From positions 310,001 through 362,065 of the forward strand of contig JBEWZL010000306.1 in the NCBI GenBank assembly GCA_045837725.1: a stretch of 52,065 nt of DNA, given 5' to 3'. The notes below the pieces were generated by a model. It ran no database searches and had not been told where the DNA came from. It was given only the letters and a program-made list of their open reading frames with translations. The position numbers were made by a program, and so were the translations under genes. Origin of the DNA: Vermamoeba vermiformis (Eukaryota). This document shows, one piece after another, positions 12,453-25,873 of this stretch (the stretch's first letter is position 1; the number at the start of each line of letters is the position of its first letter).

Positions 12453-13717
12453 ATGTCAAGGTAAACTTCGACGTGCTTACGTATTACAACCGAAAATTGG
12501 TTTTTTTGTTATCACTATTAATAATTATTTTTATTCACGCAAGTAGTTGGCAGATATGCCATTTTATAAGCGCCGATGATGTAAATGAATTATTCCTTAT
12601 TTATTTTGATTTTTGTAATTTTATTAAAACTAACAATCTCGTATTCAGTTCAAAGCTATCCGACGAAGTGCAGTTATTACAAATTCAATTGAAAAATTTG
12701 GACGAGCTCAATAAACAAACACGTCAGCTTCTAAACCAAAGAACGCAAGAACTAGAAGAGCTAAAAACCAAGTATGACAACGACGTCACTAGTCTACAGA
12801 ATGAGGTTGCGGCTGAAAAAGAAAGCCACGAATTCACCAAGTTGCAACTCGAAGACGAAATTCAAAATGTCAAACTGGGCATAGAAACCCTTCGAGACAT
12901 TCAAAATGAAGGTAAATATCATTACTAAGATGGTTATATGCATTAGCAGCGCCCTATAATTATGAACTAAAGCACGGCTCGGTGTACAAGCGAGATCTGC
13001 TACGTGTACCGTGAACTTCTATCGAGTACCTAAGACTCACCTTGGTTCTATTTAGGCAAACAACAAATTGAAGCTGCCAAGCTCGAGATCTCAAGCAAAT
13101 TTAAAGATGATTTGCAAATGAAAGACAATAAGATAGCGTTACTCGAAGAGGAAAAGAAGCAGATCGACTTCGAAAAGAAAACGATGGAAGGAATGATTCA
13201 ACTCCTAAAGGCGCAAATTAAGCAGATGACGGAAGAAAGGAATCAATTCGAGAACATGTTCAAACAGTCGCAAGAGAACCAAACGAAGAGGCCGAAACTG
13301 ACCGAGGCAGATTTCGATGTGCTCGATCAACAAACTGAAACGAACCAGAATCTACTTGCAACCGAAAATAGGCTAGCCATCGAGGCAGATATATTCAACT
13401 TCATCGAAAACAATCGAGATAAGTTAACTGGCGTTGGAGATTCGCTACAAGAGAAGCTGAAACGCTGGAAGCTCTCGATCGATAACGAAGTGAACCACTA
13501 CCAACAAGAACTACATACCGAAAAAAATCTGAGCAATTTTGTCGTCAATCAGCTCGAGAAAGAGCGCCAGAATACGGATTTGATGCTTTCAACAGTCACC
13601 GAGCTTCAGCAGCAAGTAGATAAATTAACAGAGCGCCACGACTCGCTCTACACGCTGTCTTTTGTAGATATTTTGCCCGAGAGTCGCGTGGAACTTGGGG
13701 CGACCACTGTACAGTAA
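12453..13717 (+). CDS. Coiled-coil protein of unknown function (exons 12453-12460, 12649-12911, 13056-13717; 3' end uncertain)
   Basis: In-frame GT-AG junctions. E/Q/K/L-rich heptad sequence with a KRPK NLS-like motif. Confidence 0.65.
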
Positions 13718-13809
13718 ATCCAGCCTTCATCTCAACAAGAACGAAGATTTTGGCGTCAGCAGGCACCGAAAAAATTGTGTTACCCAGTTGTGGCCAATAG
13801 TTGAGCTTG

Positions 13810-13895
13810 GCGCCGCATTTTCCCCCAGCTAGCCGTTACACGATGTTGCGCGCCCTTTTTTCCCGCAGAAAGTAGCCGTTAAAAATTCAAATTTT
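13810..13895 (+). promoter_or_regulatory. Candidate cell-cycle promoter elements (two Myb/MSA-like TAGCCGTTA, E2F-like TTTTCCCGC, CHR-like TTCAAA)
   Basis: TAGCCGTTA at 13830 and 13873, TTTTCCCGC at ~13858-13866 and TTCAAA at 13886, all 130-200 bp upstream of the HMMR-like ATG. Confidence 0.45.
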
Positions 13896-14024
13896 ATGGT
13901 TTCGCACCAAATTTTGTTATTTTAACTGACCGCTTGTCGATAGAAGCCCACAAGGCAACCAGTTGGTAGTACTACTTGTATATTATTTATTTTCACTACC
14001 GCTTTTTATTTATTTTTTACTGGT

Positions 14025-17000
14025 ATGTCATTCCCTCGTGCCCCTCGTTTTCCTGCCGAGAAAGGTAACAACTAATTTAATAATAATTGAAATATTTATT
14101 AATGATAAATAGATAACGGTATTCCGGGACCTGGTGCCTACAAAGGCGATCTTCCCGAGACCAATAAGGCTCCCAGATTTGGCAAAGCTGATAGATTCCA
14201 AGGTTCGTACTTACATTCGCTCATTTATCGAACAATATTTTAATATCGTTGGCACGATAGATAAGGAACAAGCAGGTCCTAACAACACTTTGCTTCGTTC
14301 GTCTTCCAAATCCATCACATCCGAATCTAAAACAAAGGTACGTCAGCTTGACTTCAGATCGAGATTAGCATAGTTACTCATATAGTAAATATATAGTCCA
14401 AACCCCTCGCATTAAAGAAGGGAACTAGCTTGCTTCAGCTCGAGCACATCATCGAATCTCTTGCCGAGCAAGTTGTCGCGGTCAAGGATGAGCTTCAGAC
14501 CAAGGACGAGAGCGTCACTCTCTTCAAGGATGAGCTCAACAAACTTAACTCCGAGATCAACTCCACTATGGATGCTCTCGAGTTGAGCAAGAAGGAGAAC
14601 GCTGCTTTGACTTCCGAGCGTCAAGATCTTTTGCTTCAAATCCAAGCCAACAACGAGCGTATTACTGCTTTGGAAGGCTTGAAGGTCGACATCGCTCGTG
14701 TCGAGGGCGAGCTCAAGAACACTACAGAGGCCAAGATCCAAGTAGAACAACAGTTAGCTGCTATGACTTCTCGTGCCGAAGATCTCACCTCGCAACTCAA
14801 CAACACTACTACTCGTCTTACCGAAACGCAAGCCACCCTCGAGGCCACCCAATCACAGCTCGCTGCTTTGCGTGAAGAGCACAGCGCTACTCAAGTTACG
14901 CTCAAGAACACCGCCGAAGAGAAGGAACAAGCCTTGGCCCGCATTGCTTCGCTCGAAGGCGAAGTGTCTTCCTTGACCTCCACTATTCAACAAATCGAAG
15001 CTACAGTTGCCTCCACTCAATCCGAGCTCGAGCGAACTCAATCCTCTTTGGAGCAGACCATCGTTGAGAAGCAGACCCTCGAGAACAGAGTTGAGGACTT
15101 GACCGCTCAACTCACTGCCACTCGTGAAGAATTGGCTTCAACTATCAAGTCATTCACTGAAGAGCTTGCCAACGAGCGCGAGACTTTGCGCATTACCCGC
15201 GAAGAGCTCACTGGCACTCAGACTACTTTGGCAGAGACTCGTCAATCCTTGGAGTCTACCACCGCTTCATTGGACTCTACTCGCGCAGAGCTCTCCAACA
15301 CCACCGAGCAACTCACTGAACGCACTTCTGAACTTGAATCGACCAAGACTCGCGTCGAAGAACTCTCTGGTGAACTCTCAGCAACTCAAGCAACTTTGCA
15401 ATCGACCACTGAACAAAAAGAACAAGCTCTTGAACGCATTGCTACTCTTGAGGGTGAAGTGAACTCGTTGACTACTCTTCAAAGCGAGTTGTCCGCCCAA
15501 TTGAACGAGACTAGCACTCGCCTCAGCGAGACACAAGCCACTCTCGAGTCTACTCAAGCCGAACTTGCCGCTACTCGCGAGCAACTTGCCTCTTCCGAGT
15601 CATCCCTTCAGATCACCACCGAAGAGAAGCAACAGGCTCTTGAGCGCATAGCTGCTCTTGAAGGCGAGGTCTCATCGTTGACCTCTACTGTTCAACAACT
15701 CGAGTCTTCTTTGGCTTCAACTAAGTCCGAGCTCGAGCAGACCCAAGCTACCCTCGAACAGACCATCAGCGAGAAGCAGTCATTGGAGCGCCGAGTTGAA
15801 GAGCTTACTCAAGAGCTCGCCACTACTCGCGAAGAGCTCACCGGTCAATTGAACGACACTAACGCTCGTCTTGCTGAGACCCAAGCTACTCTCGAGTCCA
15901 CTCAATCCACACTTGCTTCTACTAGCGACGAGCTTGCCACTACTCGTGCTACTCTCCAAACCACTAGCGAGGAGAAGCAACAAGCGCTCGAACGCATCGC
16001 CACTCTTGAAGGCGAAGCTGTCGCTCTTAACACACAGATCCAAGAGCTCGAGGCCAACCTTTCTTCTACCAAGTCAGATCTCGAACGCACTCAATCCAGC
16101 CTGGACCAAACCATCTCCGAGAAACAAGCTCTCGAAGGCAGAGTTGAAGACCTCAACGGTCAGCTCGCTGCTACTCGCGAGGAGTTAGCTGCCACCATCG
16201 AAAAGTACACCGTTGAGTTGACTACTCTTCAAGGTCAATTCACTCAACTCTCTGAAGAGCTCAAGTCTACTTTGGAGGCTAAGCTCAAGGTTGAGAGTGA
16301 GTTGTTGGAGGCTCAACAGTCAATCGAGCGCCTTGAATCCGACTTGCGCGACACTCGTTCTACTTTGGACTCTACTCGCACTGAATTGGGCGAGACCAAG
16401 ACTGACCTTGAGGCCACTCGCTTCACGTTGCAAGCTACCGTCCGTGAGCGCGATGGTGCCAAGACCACTATTGGTGAATTGGAGAAGAAGCTCGATCAGA
16501 CCATCAGCAACTTGAACTTCACTGAACAGATCCGTGCCGAGCTTGAAACCGAGAAGCGCACCTTGTTGAAGGAGAACAACGAACTCACTTCTTCTCTTCA
16601 ATTGACTTCTGTCCAGCTCAGCGACGTTCAAGGCACTCTCCGCACCGTTCGCGAGCAACTCTCTACTGTTACTGCTCGCCGCGACAAGTTGCAAGAAGAG
16701 CTTGAAGGCACCATCAAGTCTCACAACGACACCACCGCCAAGATGCAAGGCGAGATCGAGTCTTTGATTGGCGACTTGAAGACTGCCAAGCAAGCCAAGC
16801 ACGCTATGGAACAAGAGGTCGACGAGCTCAGCTATCAAGTCGAGACTCTCAACAAGAACCTCCGTGGTCTTCAAAACGACTTGAAGATGACCAACGACTT
16901 GAAACAGAACCTCGAAGTTGAGAACGTTCACTTCAAGATTCAATTCAACCGTGTCCAAGCCGAACTCGATTCGCTCAAAGTCACCACCAAGGACATCTCC

Positions 17001-19777
17001 GAACAGTTGGAAGAGGCCCAGAAGGAGCTCGCCGAGACTCGCAGCGAATTATCTCGCACTCAATCGTCCAAGCAAGCCCTCAATAAGGATTACGAAGCCT
17101 CCGTTCAACGCGGCATCGAATTGGATACTGAATTGGCTGCCCTCAAGGCCAAGCTCACCGAAACTGAGCACGAGCTCGCCTCTACTATCGAGTCCTTCAA
17201 GGCCAAGTTGGAGCAAGCCAGCTCCGAGAAGAAAGCTCTTGAGGGTCGTGTTGAGGACTTGACTGCCCAACTCACCGCCACTCGCGAAGAATTGGCTTCA
17301 ACTATCAAGTCATTCACTGAAGAGCTTGCCAACGAGCGTGAAACTTTGCGCGTTACTTCTGAAGAGCTTGCGGACACCAAGACTTCTTGGCAAGAAACTC
17401 GCCGTCAATTGGAGTCTACCACCGCTTCATTGGACTCTACTCGCGCAGAGCTCTCCAACACCACTGAACAACTCACTGAACGCACTTCTGAACTTGAATC
17501 GACCAAGATTCGTGTCGAAGAGCTCTCTGGTGAACTCTCAGCGACTCAAGCAACTCTGCAATCAACCACTGAACAAAAAGAACAAGCTCTTGAACGCATT
17601 GCCACTCTTGAGAGCGAGGCTGCTACTTTGACCTCCACCGTTCAACAACTCGAGTCAGATCTCTCCTCTACTAGATCCGAACTTGAGCGCATCCAAAACG
17701 ACTTGGAGCGAACCATCGTCGAGAAGCAGACCCTTGAGAACAGAGTTGAGGACTTGAGTGCCCAACTCACCGCCACTCGCGAAGAATTGGCCTCTACTGT
17801 TCAAGCTCGCGACGAACTCTCTGCTCAATTGGCTTCCAAGTCTGAAGAGTGCGCTACTTTGCAACAAACTCAAGAGCAAACCAGCGCCGATCTCTCTGCT
17901 GCTCGTGAGGAGTTGTCTCGTCTCCAGTCCTCTTTGAGCGACGTTACCGCCAGAGCCGACAAGTTGTCCGAAGAGTTGAGTGCTACTACCTCCGAAGTCT
18001 CTGCTGCCAACGAGCGCATCGCTCACTTCGAACAAGAACTCAGCGAGGCCAAGTCACGCAGCGACAAGCTCGACCAAGAGTTGTCTGAGGCTCAAGCTCG
18101 CGGTGCTCAACTCGACCAAGAGCTTGCTGAAGTCAAGGCTGAGTCTGCTCGTCTTGCTGAAGAATTGGCTTCTTCCCGATCACGTGGTGACAAGCTCGAC
18201 GAAGAGCTCTCCAGCGCCAAGGCTGAGTCTGCTCGCATTGGTGAAGAGCTCACTGAATCTCGCCAAGCTGTTGAAGGTCTTCGCAGCGAATTGGACTCGC
18301 GCGAACAACGATTCAACGAAGAACGTGAAGCCCTCGAGAGACAAGTCGCTGAATGGAAGGCCAAGTTTGAACACCAAGAGACCAAGATGAAGGAGTTCAC
18401 TGAAAACTACACCGAGCTGTTCAACACTAGCCAATCACAACTCGAGCTCATCGAGAACTTGCGTCAAGTCAACAACGAGTCTCAGACCCAGATTGAGACC
18501 CTGGTTCAATCTCGCGACGAAGCCACTCGCAATCTTGAGAGCTACAAGCAAGTGGTGGCTGAGAGCAGCGCTACTTACGAGGCCAGCATCAAGACCCTCA
18601 ACGAGTTGACCGAGAAGCTCCAAGCCGAGAACAACGCCATTGATTCCGATCGATCTCAATTGCGCGATGAAATTGCTCGTTTGAACTCTGCCAAGGCTGA
18701 AGTCGAGTCAGATCTGTCTTCCAAGAACAACGAGATTGAACGCCTCAACAAGCGTGTTGCTACCTTGGAACAACAAATTGAAGCTGATGCTAAGCGCAGT
18801 CCTGCAGTCTTCCAACAGCGTCTCGTTGAGAAGGAGGAAGTTATTACTAAGCTCCTCAACGAACTTGAGAGATCTGAACAACAACTCAAGAAGGAGAAGG
18901 AATTGACTGCCAAGCTTCAATACGACATTCAAGAAGCTGCTCGTAACAACGTAAGCACTATGATATGTTATACAATCGGTTTAATATTAACTCTATTGTT
19001 TTAGTTGACTTCTAAGGACAAGTCCAGCGAGAGCCACGTCGAGATGCAACGTACCATTACTCGCTTGAACCTCGAGTTGCGCAGCACTAAGGATGCTTTG
19101 GAACGCGAGAGAGAGAAGGTCCGCACTCGCGAGAACAAGATTGAGGGCATCAAGGTTGGCGAAGAAAAGGCCGTTAAGGATCTGACCTCGCAAGCCGAGA
19201 AGAACAAGCAACTCAAGGAGAAGTTGGTCCAAAAGGAGAAGGACTTGGTTGCCTTGAACGAGAAGTACAAGAAGTTGGAAACTCGTGCTGTTGAATTGCG
19301 TGACGAGTTGGATGCGATGAAGAAGGAGAACTCGCAAGTCTTGGCGATGCGCGATGACCTTATTCGTTTGAAGAACGACAATGAGTTGCTCAAGAAGCTC
19401 AAGGAAGAGGATGATGCTGTAAGTAACTTCAACATTTTTTTTCGTTACGAATCTGAAACTGATCCGAATCTGTTTAGCAAATCAAGGAGCTTATGGAGAG
19501 CAACAGCCAACTTGCTGGTCATGGCAACGAGAAGCAAAAGATCCAAATGCAGCACAAGCTCTTGAAGGAGAACCAACAACTCAAGAAAGAGAAGGTCGTG
19601 TTGCAAGAACAGATCGAGAAGGCCAAGCTTAACATTTTCAAGCTCGAAACTAGCTTGTCCAAGTACGTCGCTAAGGACAACGCTTTGTTGCCTGCCTCCG
19701 TTAAGAAGCCTATTTCTGTCTCAACGCGCACTTTATCGGCGAGCACTGGCATCATCCAAGCCAACCCTTCGATCTAA
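14025..19777 (+). CDS. HMMR: HMMR/RHAMM-like spindle-associated coiled-coil protein, ~1,824 aa (exons 14025-14064, 14113-14202, 14261-14337, 14397-18950, 19005-19418, 19478-19777)
   Basis: N-terminus MSFPRAPRF...PGPGAY...FGKADRF resembles the HMMR N-terminal motif. C-terminus LAGHGNEKQKIQMQHKLLKENQQLK resembles the HMMR/KIF15 basic-zipper tail. All introns are GT-AG and phase-consistent. Confidence 0.8.
15090..17612 (+). repeat. Intragenic duplication: 15090-15452 and 17250-17612 (offset 2,160 nt), plus additional diverged coiled-coil repeat units
   Basis: Near-identical DNA and peptide (RVEDLTAQLTATREELASTIKSFTEELANERETLR...KEQALERIATLE) in both copies. Confidence 0.9.
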
Positions 19778-19857
19778 AACAATTTTGTCTTCACCCATGT
19801 ATTATAGTATGTAATTAATAAAACCCGTTTAATATTAAAACTGTTGCTACAATTGCC

Positions 19858-22800
19858 TTAATCATCGTCTTCATCCGTAATGATGTCGTCTTCGTTGTTA
19901 TTGTTTTTCTTTGATGTCTTTTTCTTTGCAGGAGGAGCTTTCTTCTTTGGCTTCTCTTTTTTCTCATTAGTATTGTTGTTATTCTTAATTTCGAGCGATC
20001 TATTCAACTCTCCGACCGTGAGTGCTGAAAAACTTCCAGATTTGGCCAACATTGCTGGACGACTTTGTGGAAGTGCGACGCTCGGTTGATAGGTCTCAGG
20101 GTCATATTCGACGCAACTATCAGTCGGCAAGTTGTTGTTTCTCAAATAGACCTTGTGATCGATCGAATTTCTCACGACGAATCGCACGATGCAGATCTGC
20201 TTTGTTTGGCCTTGTCGGTGAGCTCGACCAATCGCTTGCAACTCAATCGCTTGTGCTTCTTTTTTCGTGCCGCGGACCGGATCTACAACCAACGGTGAGT
20301 TACGTACTAAACGTTACTATTAATATGAAGCTACTGACCTAACAATATGATGTGGGTGGCAGCGATCAAGTTGGTGCCAGCAGCAGTTTTGTCGAGTGAC
20401 AACATGATCACTTTGACATCTTCTTCGGCGTTCTTGAAATCTTCAATAGCTTTCGTCTTCATGTACACATTGCTAATACCGAATCGTCAGTGTCTAATGG
20501 GCACTTGATAATACTGTTGCTGACTTACCCCGTGACAAACGTTGACTTGATGCCGTGGTCCTTTAGAATTGCGGCTGTTTCAGTCAATGTGGCATCGAAC
20601 TGCGAAAATATTCAGTATTAGAAACCAATCATTGACGAGCATCGAGACGTACCTGCGAGAACATGATGACGCGACTCTCGGGCTTCTCTCGCAACAAGTT
20701 CTTCATGTACAAAATCATCTCGGTCAACTTCGTGCCGTGCTTTTCTTGCAACTTCAAGTACTCTTGTTTTTCTTCCGACAGACTCTACAAGGCACAACGG
20801 TCATACTTGTAATTAGAGATATTTATCATTGAGCGAATATTACCTTGTCGTTCGTACGTGCGTCGTAAGTGTCACGCTGAAAAATGAATATTTTGTTATA
20901 GATTTGTAGAGCGTAATTGTTAAATGTACGCACCTCCAACTCCAATATCTTCAATACATTTCGCGCGACATTCAAAGCCTTTTGACTGGTGTCCAACATG
21001 CTCTCATGCCAGCGGAGATTTCGCTTCAATTGCAACTTCTCGTCTTCTGTGAGCTGTCTGTTGTTGTTATACTCGTATCTCAATCGCTCGACTTCAGTGG
21101 TCAAGTTGGTGACTGAGGCTTCTTTTCTTGGAATGAGGCCCTAGGACTGAGATCAGATCGAACTTAAAACAATAATAAGATACGTTTTACCGTCAAATTA
21201 GTGATATTATTAATCATTAACTGCCGCAGGTTATTTCGCGAATGATTGAAAGAGCAGCTTTCGAGCTGGCTGTATTCTATCGCAATAAAAGTTAATAATG
21301 CCAACCCAAATAATTATTTTGAAAATTCGTACCATGTTGATCGTGCAAGCTCATGTAAATAGCGCGCTCAATGTTAGATAGTTCAACGAATTTGACTTCA
21401 TCGACCGTATCGGGGATGGTCAGTTCTTCTTTGACACTTTCTTTCGTGTTGCGCCAAAAATAATCTTTGAGCACCAACTCTGTTTGGAACTCACTGGAAA
21501 TAAGGTTAACGCAAGTAATTATACAGCTGTAATAATTTAAGTTCACGTACAGTTGTCCTTTATCTTCCGCGAGTTTGCATCCAATGAATTCTTTTATGCT
21601 GTCCAAACAGCGACTACTCAAAGGTTAGTAGTTATTTAGCATCATATTGGTACGTACTAATAGGCAAATGGCGTGGCAGTGACGTACCACTTGAAGCGGG
21701 CTTGCATTTGGGCAATAAAATCTGAAAAAAAAATCACGTGTTAAGCGTCATATTGAGTGCACTAGAGCGTACCTCCATGAGGGGTGGCATATATTATATC
21801 ATGCCCTTCATCGAGTACTATGCGGTGCCAATAAAAGTGATCGAGAATAGGGCACGAAGCGCTATAATCTTTCGACTTCTTGATTGGTTTTAGAGCACTC
21901 TGGACTTGCTTGTTTCGTTGCGTCCAATCAATGTTCGTCGCATCAAACTTCTTGTCCACTTTTGTGCCCGGCAAACAGCAGTAGTTTGGTGTCTCAAACA
22001 GCTGATAGACGCAGATAATAATGTCGTACTCGCTTCTCACTTTCTCGTAGGTCAATGCGCGCAGTTGAGTGATGGTGTTGATCACGTAGACTTTCAAGCT
22101 GGTGGCTCGTTCAATCTCATCTTGCCACTGTTTGGACAAGTGATTGGGGCACATGACCAGTGTCGCACGTGTTTCAATGAGTGTCGGATGCGGATCCAGC
22201 TGTTCTTTTGGAGGTGAAGCCAAAACCAGACCAAGAACTAACGAAAGGTTTGTTGTTAATAATATGTAGCGATTGTATGATACTTGCCTTCAAAGGTCTT
22301 TCCCAAGCCGACCTCATCGCCCAAAATTCCACCTCTGATCTTCTCTGTAAAGATGAAGTTCTTCAAGAAGGCAGGGGACACGAGTTGTCTGTTGGAAAAA
22401 TCGAAGTACAATTTTGAGCCACGCCAGCGAAGGGCAGTGCAGAACGATACATCTGTTACATGGCGGTGTTAACAGAAGTACTTAGGTGTCTGCTCGATCC
22501 AACTCGTAACTTACCTTGATCCGCTTGATCTTCGATCGATTTCATCCACGTAACGGCATCTAATTGATATTTGAACAATTTGATTTCTTCTTTGAATCCA
22601 TCGGGCTGTCGTTGTGCGGTAACAGATTTCTATTGAAAAACATGTCAGAACTATTTCTGGATCCGCTGCAACAGTTCAAACTACACAAACTTACCATGGG
22701 TCTGCTAACGTAATCTAACTGTTGCGCTGCCACGCCAATTTTAGAAGTGCGCCACTCGGAGCCAACCCGGTCAATAACCAAAGGCATATTGACCACTTTT

Positions 22801-23612
22801 TGACCTTCCAGGACGTAATCGTCGAAGCTAAATAATGAGTATTAGTAAAATATTAATATGCCTTTCGATATCGGATAGTATATGCGTACTTTTTGATATT
22901 GAGGTACACGACCAATTTCCAAATGCGTTGCCCAAAATCTCGCTGCAGTTCTCTCATGTACATTTTCCTTTTATCTGCGATTGCGAGTTCGTCGTACGAA
23001 ATTTCAGTCAATTCGGATTTCCACAGCGGCGAAGGGGCATTGAATGCTGAGGCTGGCAAGTCAACAAAAGTCATGGCAACTAGTTCTCCGTCACTATCCA
23101 GTAGTTCCTGATATAATTAGCTCTTAATCAAAGTGGTATGGTGGTATTAATTTAAAAGCTATTACCACATTTTTCGTTCGCATGACTCTTTTCAATTTCA
23201 CCGCTTGCCCCAGATGCACCGGATCTTCGTGCCATATTTTAATTTCTTCTTTGTTTTCCTCTATCTCAACATCCTCATTAGCATAGTACATGAAGCCATT
23301 GTAATGATGCCGCTGGTCGTCAGGATGAAGACGGAGGTTTCGATATAATCTTGGACATTCAGCCAAATAATACGTATCGAATTCTATCCAGGCGAATATA
23401 TCCTCTTGACCAACACGGAACCATTGACGACAAACGGATGCTGCTTGAAGAACATTTTCGCGATCCAGTTGTCGAAATATCTTCAGAACAATTTCGTCTG
23501 GCAATATATTCTCTTCGTTATTTAAACTCGAAAATATTTCTAATTTAAATTTTTTAGCCGGTTTTTCTTCTTCTGGCTGTTTTTCGGCCTTTCTCTTCTT
23601 GCCTCGTGGCAT
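19858..23612 (-). CDS. F-box + SNF2-family (Rad5/Rad16/SHPRH-like) helicase/ATPase, multi-exon
   Basis: F-box LPDEIVLKIFRQLD...ASVCRQW. SNF2 motifs GGILGDEVGLGKT, ATLVMCP, WHRIVLDEGH, VTATPF, AAGTNL and QAIGRAHRQGQ. ATG at 23612. Confidence 0.88.
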
Positions 23613-24089
23613 CTGTGAACAATTAGCTTGACTACCCCGCAATTTACAATCAATAAATTAGCAGGAAAAAAACTATCAATAATTGATCGATAAAGATAGG
23701 CCAGGGATACTGTTGGGTGCATTGATCGGACATGTCCGCCCCTTACATTTAATTATAAAATAAGTTCATACCTCGAGTTGTAGTAATAATTCCCCTCGGG
23801 TGTTGGTGTGATGTTTGTTGTGCTAAAAAAACCAATGCATTTTTGAACCAAAGTGTCAACGCCGCATTTCCAAGAATAAATGTGATGTTCGCAACAAAAC
23901 ACTAATGGCTTATCGGTCCGCTGGTTTGCACATACCGGATTAATTGAGTTTGAACGGTGATAGTTAAAAGAGTAATCCACTAGAATTAAACTTTGATAGG
24001 CGGTTAGGGTTTATAATTACCATTTATTATAGTCAACGTGGCCGTTGATCTCGTCTAACAAACCGACGTTAATATTAATTACAAAAAAT

Positions 24090-25583
24090 TTAGTGCTTGG
24101 CAAGCTTCTCGCGGATCAAACCCTCGAGCTTAATGGTGTCCTTAGCGAAGAGACGAATACCCTCCTATTATAATATCCCTCGTAGTTAGTACATGTAATA
24201 TTATTCCAAGAATAAGTAAGTACTTACGGGCAACTTGGCGGATGCGCAAGCGTCCTCACCGAGAGCATAACGGAAGCTCTTCTCGTCGTAAGAAACTTTT
24301 TGGAGGTCCAAACCCTTGGCACCTTCAGCATCCAAACGCTTAGTAACGTGTTCAGTGCTGGCAGCGAGCTCTTGCAACAATTTAGGAGAGATAGTCAAGA
24401 AGTCGCATCCGGCCAAAGCCAACACTTCTTCCTTGGATCTGAATGAGGCACCCATAACTAGGCAGATATTAGAATATACATTGAAGAGGTGGTTTAATCT
24501 ATTTTACGTACCAATGGTCTTGTAACCGAACTTCTTGTAGTAGTTGAAGATCTGAGTCACGGAGGCAACACCAGGGTCTTCGGAGACAGGGATGTCCTTG
24601 CCGTTCTCTTTCTTCCAGAAGTCCAAAATACGACCAACGAAGGGGCTGATCAAAGTAACGCCTAAGAACAACGGGTCAGTAAGTCGTGCCACGATCCACA
24701 AAAGTGTTGGCAATTAACAAACTGATTGATTGTCAAGTGCCAAGTAATTATAGTACTTTGTTATAACGTACCAGCTTCAGCAGCAGCAACGGCTTGAGCA
24801 AAAGAGAACAAGAGAGTCATGTTGGTGTGGATGCCTTCAGATTCCAACTTCTTGGCGGCTTGAATACCTTCCCAAGTGCTGGCAATCTTGAACAAGACGC
24901 GCTTGCCAGTATCAATACCAGCGTCTAAGTAAAAGAAAATTAGCGTAAGTTCCAGAATCAAATAGATCGGGTAAGGTCCGAAGTTTGTGTTGCAATAATC
25001 GAATATCGCGTGGCTTATCGATAATATAATAATAGGTGCATTAAAGGTAATTATTGAAAATTTAATATGAGCTCGATTTCGAAATAGAGGAGGCTCCAGA
25101 AGATTCGAAGCGTGCACAGCCTGACATCTTCGCAAAAATCTGAAATATCTAAATTAAACTTACCTTCGTAAAGCTTCTTAAGCTCGTAGCACTTCTTGAG
25201 GGTTCCTTCGGTATCATAGCTCAATCTGGCGTCAATCTCGGTGGAAACGCGGCCAGGAACGATTTTCAAAATCTCAATGCCAAAGTTGACGGCCAATTTA
25301 TCGAGAGCGTAAGAGACTTGTTCGTCGATGTTTTGAGACTTGGAGCGAGCATATTCCAAGGCGTTGTCGAACAAATGTTTGTAAGCCTCCATTGAAGCAG
25401 AAGCGAAGAGCAACTGTGCGTCCAATATTATTAATAATATTCTTGATATTATGGATAATTAGCAGGACTTACTGAAGGGTTGGTGGTCGCATCTTGGGGC
25501 TTGAGAGCGGTGAACGAGTTGAAGTCACCACTGTCAGCTACGACGGTGGTCATAGTCTTCAATTGATCGAGTTGAGTAGTCAT
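24090..25583 (-). CDS. TAL1: Transaldolase
   Basis: [59 protein letters not shown] and GCDFLTISP across exons. ATG at 25583, TAA at 24090. Confidence 0.97.
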
Positions 25584-25873
25584 TATTGTGTTGATATTGA
25601 TGCGTGTGCTTCAGATAGAACAAAAAACAGAAAAAATGAACTTTGTCAGACGGCGTTTTTTATCGCGTGGAATCTTCTAGATCGCAATTATCAAAAGGTC
25701 AAGTTTATTGAACCATACTATAATAAGTATATTGCAATATACCCACTTCAATTCCCTGCAATTGCACGATGAGGAAGATGCTGCCGTCACGCCGCTGAAA
25801 TTTTTTGAAGACCGCTAAAAAGCCAAGCACCACAACCACAGGTCAAGCCACAAATCGTTAAATTCAATCTATT

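Noticed and set aside
14412-19764. Many antisense and alternate-frame ORFs over the HMMR-like gene and other long exons
   Set aside because: These are shadows of biased codon usage in repetitive coding sequence, with no independent motifs.
24926-25162. snoRNA in the long transaldolase intron
   Set aside because: No C/D boxes or convincing H/ACA hairpins were seen on the sense strand.
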